A stretch of 64,000 nucleotides of DNA from Perna viridis (Eukaryota). A program made the position numbers and the translations under genes. The notes beneath the pieces were generated by a model, which was not told the DNA's origin, ran no database searches, and was given only the letters and a program-made list of their open reading frames with translations. Where the stretch lies: NCBI GenBank assembly GCA_037379345.1, contig CM074512.1, forward strand, positions 45,074,001-45,138,000, written 5' to 3'. Position 1 is the first letter of the stretch. Every line of letters starts with the position of its first letter. Positions 60,301 through 64,000 of the stretch are shown here, piece by piece.

Positions 60301-60495
60301 TTGCTTTTGTTAAAAAAAATGTAAGTTTTCTTGAAAACATTTTTGCACCCTCATTTCTATTCCTCCAAACATCAAACAAACATTTATCATTCATAATATC
60401 AGTCAAGAGTCTTACAGATCTATCATTGTAAAAAAAAAAGTTTTACCACTTTATCTAAAGGAGACAAGTGTTAAAAAACCTGCTACAACTAAATT
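57322..60495 (-). mobile_element. E8: old, decayed, 5'-truncated family-A copy
   Basis: 3'UTR hairpin remnant at ~57369-57397; fragments KQGCPIS, KGKTQGPDGL, ERGPG; followed by decayed Lys 5' flank from ~60497. Confidence 0.88.
57916..58037. repeat. 61-bp tandem duplication inside E8
   Basis: agaatcaggtaattcgaaatctgaaaagtctctcttttgtaaattttactctgtgaaaaat occurs twice. Confidence 0.85.
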
Positions 60496-63278
60496 CTTAA
60501 CACAATCGTTTGAATTATCGGTCGCATGAATTATGTTTTGCTAATTGACAAAAGCGATGATTTTGAAAATTGAAATTTTGCGAAAAGGGAAAATTCTTGA
60601 ATTGAAAATAAACAAGATGCTTGATATAAGTGCTTAATTATTTCAGGCATTTTGTTTTCATATACATGCGTTAAAACAAAAAATCGCTAAAACAATGACG
60701 CGCATTACCTGCTGAGGAATTAAACCATAACGACTATCAAAACTGTAAACAAAAAATGAGTTCAATCGAAAACATTTATTGTAGCTGGACCTGCGTGAGA
60801 ATATTCGTGCACCTCGAATATAGGACATAGTTAAATAACACTATGACAATAAATTTGAAAAAGATAGCACTTTCCGTATATCCATTACACGTTTCATTTC
60901 GTGCATTATAAATCTAAGACAACGCAGCTTCGATGATATAATTTGACTATCTTTGTGGATCTGAACCACAAGACTGCCACAAAATCTCTCGTAACGCAGT
61001 GTTAACAATCAAATGCTCTATGTTATAAAGCAATATGGGGTTTAAAAGGTGACTTCTATATTTTTTTTTATAATTGTGTTTCAATACCTTAGTTGAATAT
61101 GATTTCAGTGCGAATAATTTTTCCTTTATAGTAGTTGACAAGTTTTCAATGCTACACATTTTTGTACTATAATTTAAAACACGTTAGTTAACATTTTTTT
61201 TTTATTTTAAATGAAAAGTTGGGACCCCACGGTACCCCTGTCCATCTTAATTTGAAGCGGTTAAAACAATTCTGCGGATGGGTTATTTAAGTTTACATTC
61301 TATGTAAATATCTTTTAAGAACGTCCAGTATTTATATTAGCATATATATATTTATTATGATCATATATTATAATATTATATATTTTGTGTGATGTACGAA
61401 TTAAAAAGTTACTAGAATTGTTATATTTAAATCTAATTATATCCCCTCGACACCTGCATATTAGAATATGCCAACTTTTTACACGTTCAGGTGTTGTTCC
61501 GACGCAGTCGTATAGTTTCGCTTTTACCCTTTTACCTTAAAGACGCTCTTCCATGGAAACGCAAGTCACCTGATCGCAATTCTGTTTCCTAATTGGCTAA
61601 ATACTGATAACTTAGTGGCGTTCGAAAAAAACTGTAGGTACGAGAACACAATTAATTCCCCTTGGTTTATAGTTCCAACTTTGGTAGTAGGTACCTTCCA
61701 CATTTTTTCATATTTTTACTGGAAACTTATTTGCTGAAGTTTTGCCTCTAATTGGTAGAAAATAGGTTAAAATTACTTGGGATTTTTTTTCATTAGTCAA
61801 TTCTGACTAAAAGTTGTGATTTGGTTCAGTGGAAGAAGGTTAAAATTTAGGACTTTTAACTCAGTTCATTTGTCATGTTTACCCCATCTCCGAATTATAT
61901 GTATTAATTTCAGAAAATGATGGTAAAATTTTCTACAATTGATATATAAAATCCTGTTTGTACATATCTTTAGGCCAGAGAAGTTTTATTCAGTTTGCAC
62001 CGGTGGAATTTTTTTAATCTGCTCAAATGTGTATATTGAAATGCACTTGAAAATTAATTGCGGTCTCGTGCCTGTATCGAAAATTGCGTGCCAGGTGTTA
62101 TATTTCCGGAATGAAATGTAGAAAACTACAAGTGAAAGATAAAAGATAGTACTTGTTTTAAATAATTTAAAAATTAAATTAACAATTAACTGTTCAACAA
62201 ACAGTGCAAAAGTAATTTAATTATATTTTAAACATGCATTATCAAGCAGACATTTTTATGAACAAGCAAAAAAAAATGTCAAAAATTCTTCACATATTGG
62301 TTCTACATGTGTACAATTTATTAGAAGCAATTGAGTAGCCCAGATTTGTAAGTCTTAATATCCAGCATTTGAAGAGTACATGTATTGTTTTCCTTCATGT
62401 ACATGTATCTACTAAAAAAAGCTCTGAAGAGCCTTAATTGCTCAACTGGTAATGTTAGAAATCTGGTTACTCTTTTATTCATTCCAGGAGAACTTTTTTT
62501 TATTTACAGAGGTCTATCTTAATAAACTGGACATTTTGCAATATACATATCTATATTGCCCAATCATAGAAAGTTTATTATCAAATGAAAGGATTTTCTA
62601 TCTATACATGTAGCTACATCATGTACTACAAGTATTATGCATGGTTTTCAAGATGAAAGTTGAAGAACCATAATTATCTTCGTTCACACTACACACAATC
62701 ACTTGATAACTCTTCCACCAATTTTAATCAAATTTGATTAATGGTGTTTTTATTCGACTTAAAAAAAATTTGCTGTCGCATAATGATTCCACTCTGATCT
62801 CTGTTGTCAATGCATGTCCATAGACACTTAATTTCGTGTGATAATTACATGCAATATAAGTATTAGTTCGTTGCTCAAGTTTTCAAATCCAAAAGGAAGG
62901 ACGGTATTGATTTTGGGAGATATGACCTCAACCATTAGGACCAAAAGCAATAGTTTTATAGAATTGAACTATAAACATGTTACTTATGTAAAAACAAATG
63001 GATATCTCTGATATTGCTCTATAATTTTCTATACCACTAATGTAAGACTGGTTCTGAAGCTTTAAGGAATGATGGGCCAGAAACCAGCATTTTCCTGAAG
63101 TACCAGGTAAAAGTAAATTGACCATTTTGAGATTGTACTACAAGATGCCATTTTGGGGTTGTTGTGGGTTGACCTAATTAAGAACTAGGGGTCAAAACAA
63201 GCATTCTCCTGATGTTTGGATGATAACTTGAGTAAAACAGAACTGTTTACTTCGAAATTGTACCATAATGTGCATGTC

Positions 63279-63414
63279 CTCCAAAGAAAGTTCAGACTGA
63301 TTTGAACCAAAATGAGGACCAGAAAGGGCCACATTGATTCCGTTGAAATTCTTTTTCTCCAAAGAAAAGCTCAGATTGATTTGAACCAAGTAAGGTCCAG
63401 AATGGCCACATTGA
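63279..63414. repeat. Diverged 78-bp tandem duplication
   Basis: ctccaaagaaa.. tcaga.tgatttgaaccaa...ccagaa.ggccacattga at 63279 and 63357. Confidence 0.7.
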
Positions 63415-64000
63415 ACTGTGAAATTATCATTCTATGTCAATGCAATCAAAATTCAAAGATGTATCAACCTTGAATGATGTGCCCATACTTGCCCGTACTT
63501 TTTCAAGGTTCAACCCTGCAGTCATATGAAGCAGTCATATAGGACGTTATTTCACTGCATTATGGGATTTTACATATTTTATTTTTTAGAGTACAAAGAT
63601 AAGATTTAATTGTATGACATGCTCTGTGTATATGTGTTAGAGGTGTCCATCCTCCCTTCCTTCATACCTTCTGATACGCAGAAAAATTTTATTCCTAAAC
63701 CACTAAATGGCATTAATGAAACTTTCATAGAATCTTTTAGTTGCGAAAATTTTGATATTTTGCATTTGATTAGGGTAGGGCTACAGAACCACAGTGGCAC
63801 CCCCATAAAAGAGGTATTTTGAAAACAGAAATAAAGAAACTGATTATACGTTAGACAAATGCACAAACAAAGAACTACCAGCAATTAACTAATATGTCAG
63901 CTACATACCAGTTTAAACCTACAAAAGGTTATGCCCTCATTTTATACAAAATCAATCTCGATTCCTCCCAAGCGGAGTTGAGAACCACAGTACATCATAA

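Noticed and set aside
60750-64000. Short ORFs and a CCAAT-like motif (~61591) in the right flank
   Set aside because: There are no recognisable domains or consistent exon structure, so no gene or promoter can be supported.

Overview
AT-rich animal genomic DNA (invertebrate-like; the taxon is not determinable here). Bases ~8465-57080, decaying to ~60740, form a tandem array of divergently oriented tRNA-Lys(CTT) (minus) and tRNA-Arg(TCG) (plus) genes, built as a ~2.39-kb dimer of two diverged ~1.19-kb monomers. It holds 15 uninterrupted Lys genes and 19 uninterrupted Arg-body genes. At least three distinct families (here A, B, C) of L1/Tx1-type non-LTR retrotransposons (zinc-knuckle ORF1; APE endonuclease-RT-zinc finger ORF2) parasitise the array. 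Seven copies sit inside tRNA genes (6 Lys, 1 Arg), always co-oriented with the tRNA, with the poly(A) end at tRNA position ~22-24; five have 11-15 bp target-site duplications. One copy (49225-54880) has both ORFs intact. All three families carry HADD instead of Y/FADD in the RT catalytic motif. Two array Arg genes have a TCA (opal-suppressor) anticodon and one Lys gene has switched to TTT. A decayed PAT-like tyrosine-recombinase retrotransposon with split direct repeats (3338-8141) is nested in an old family-A copy at the left edge. The last ~3 kb has no supportable genes.
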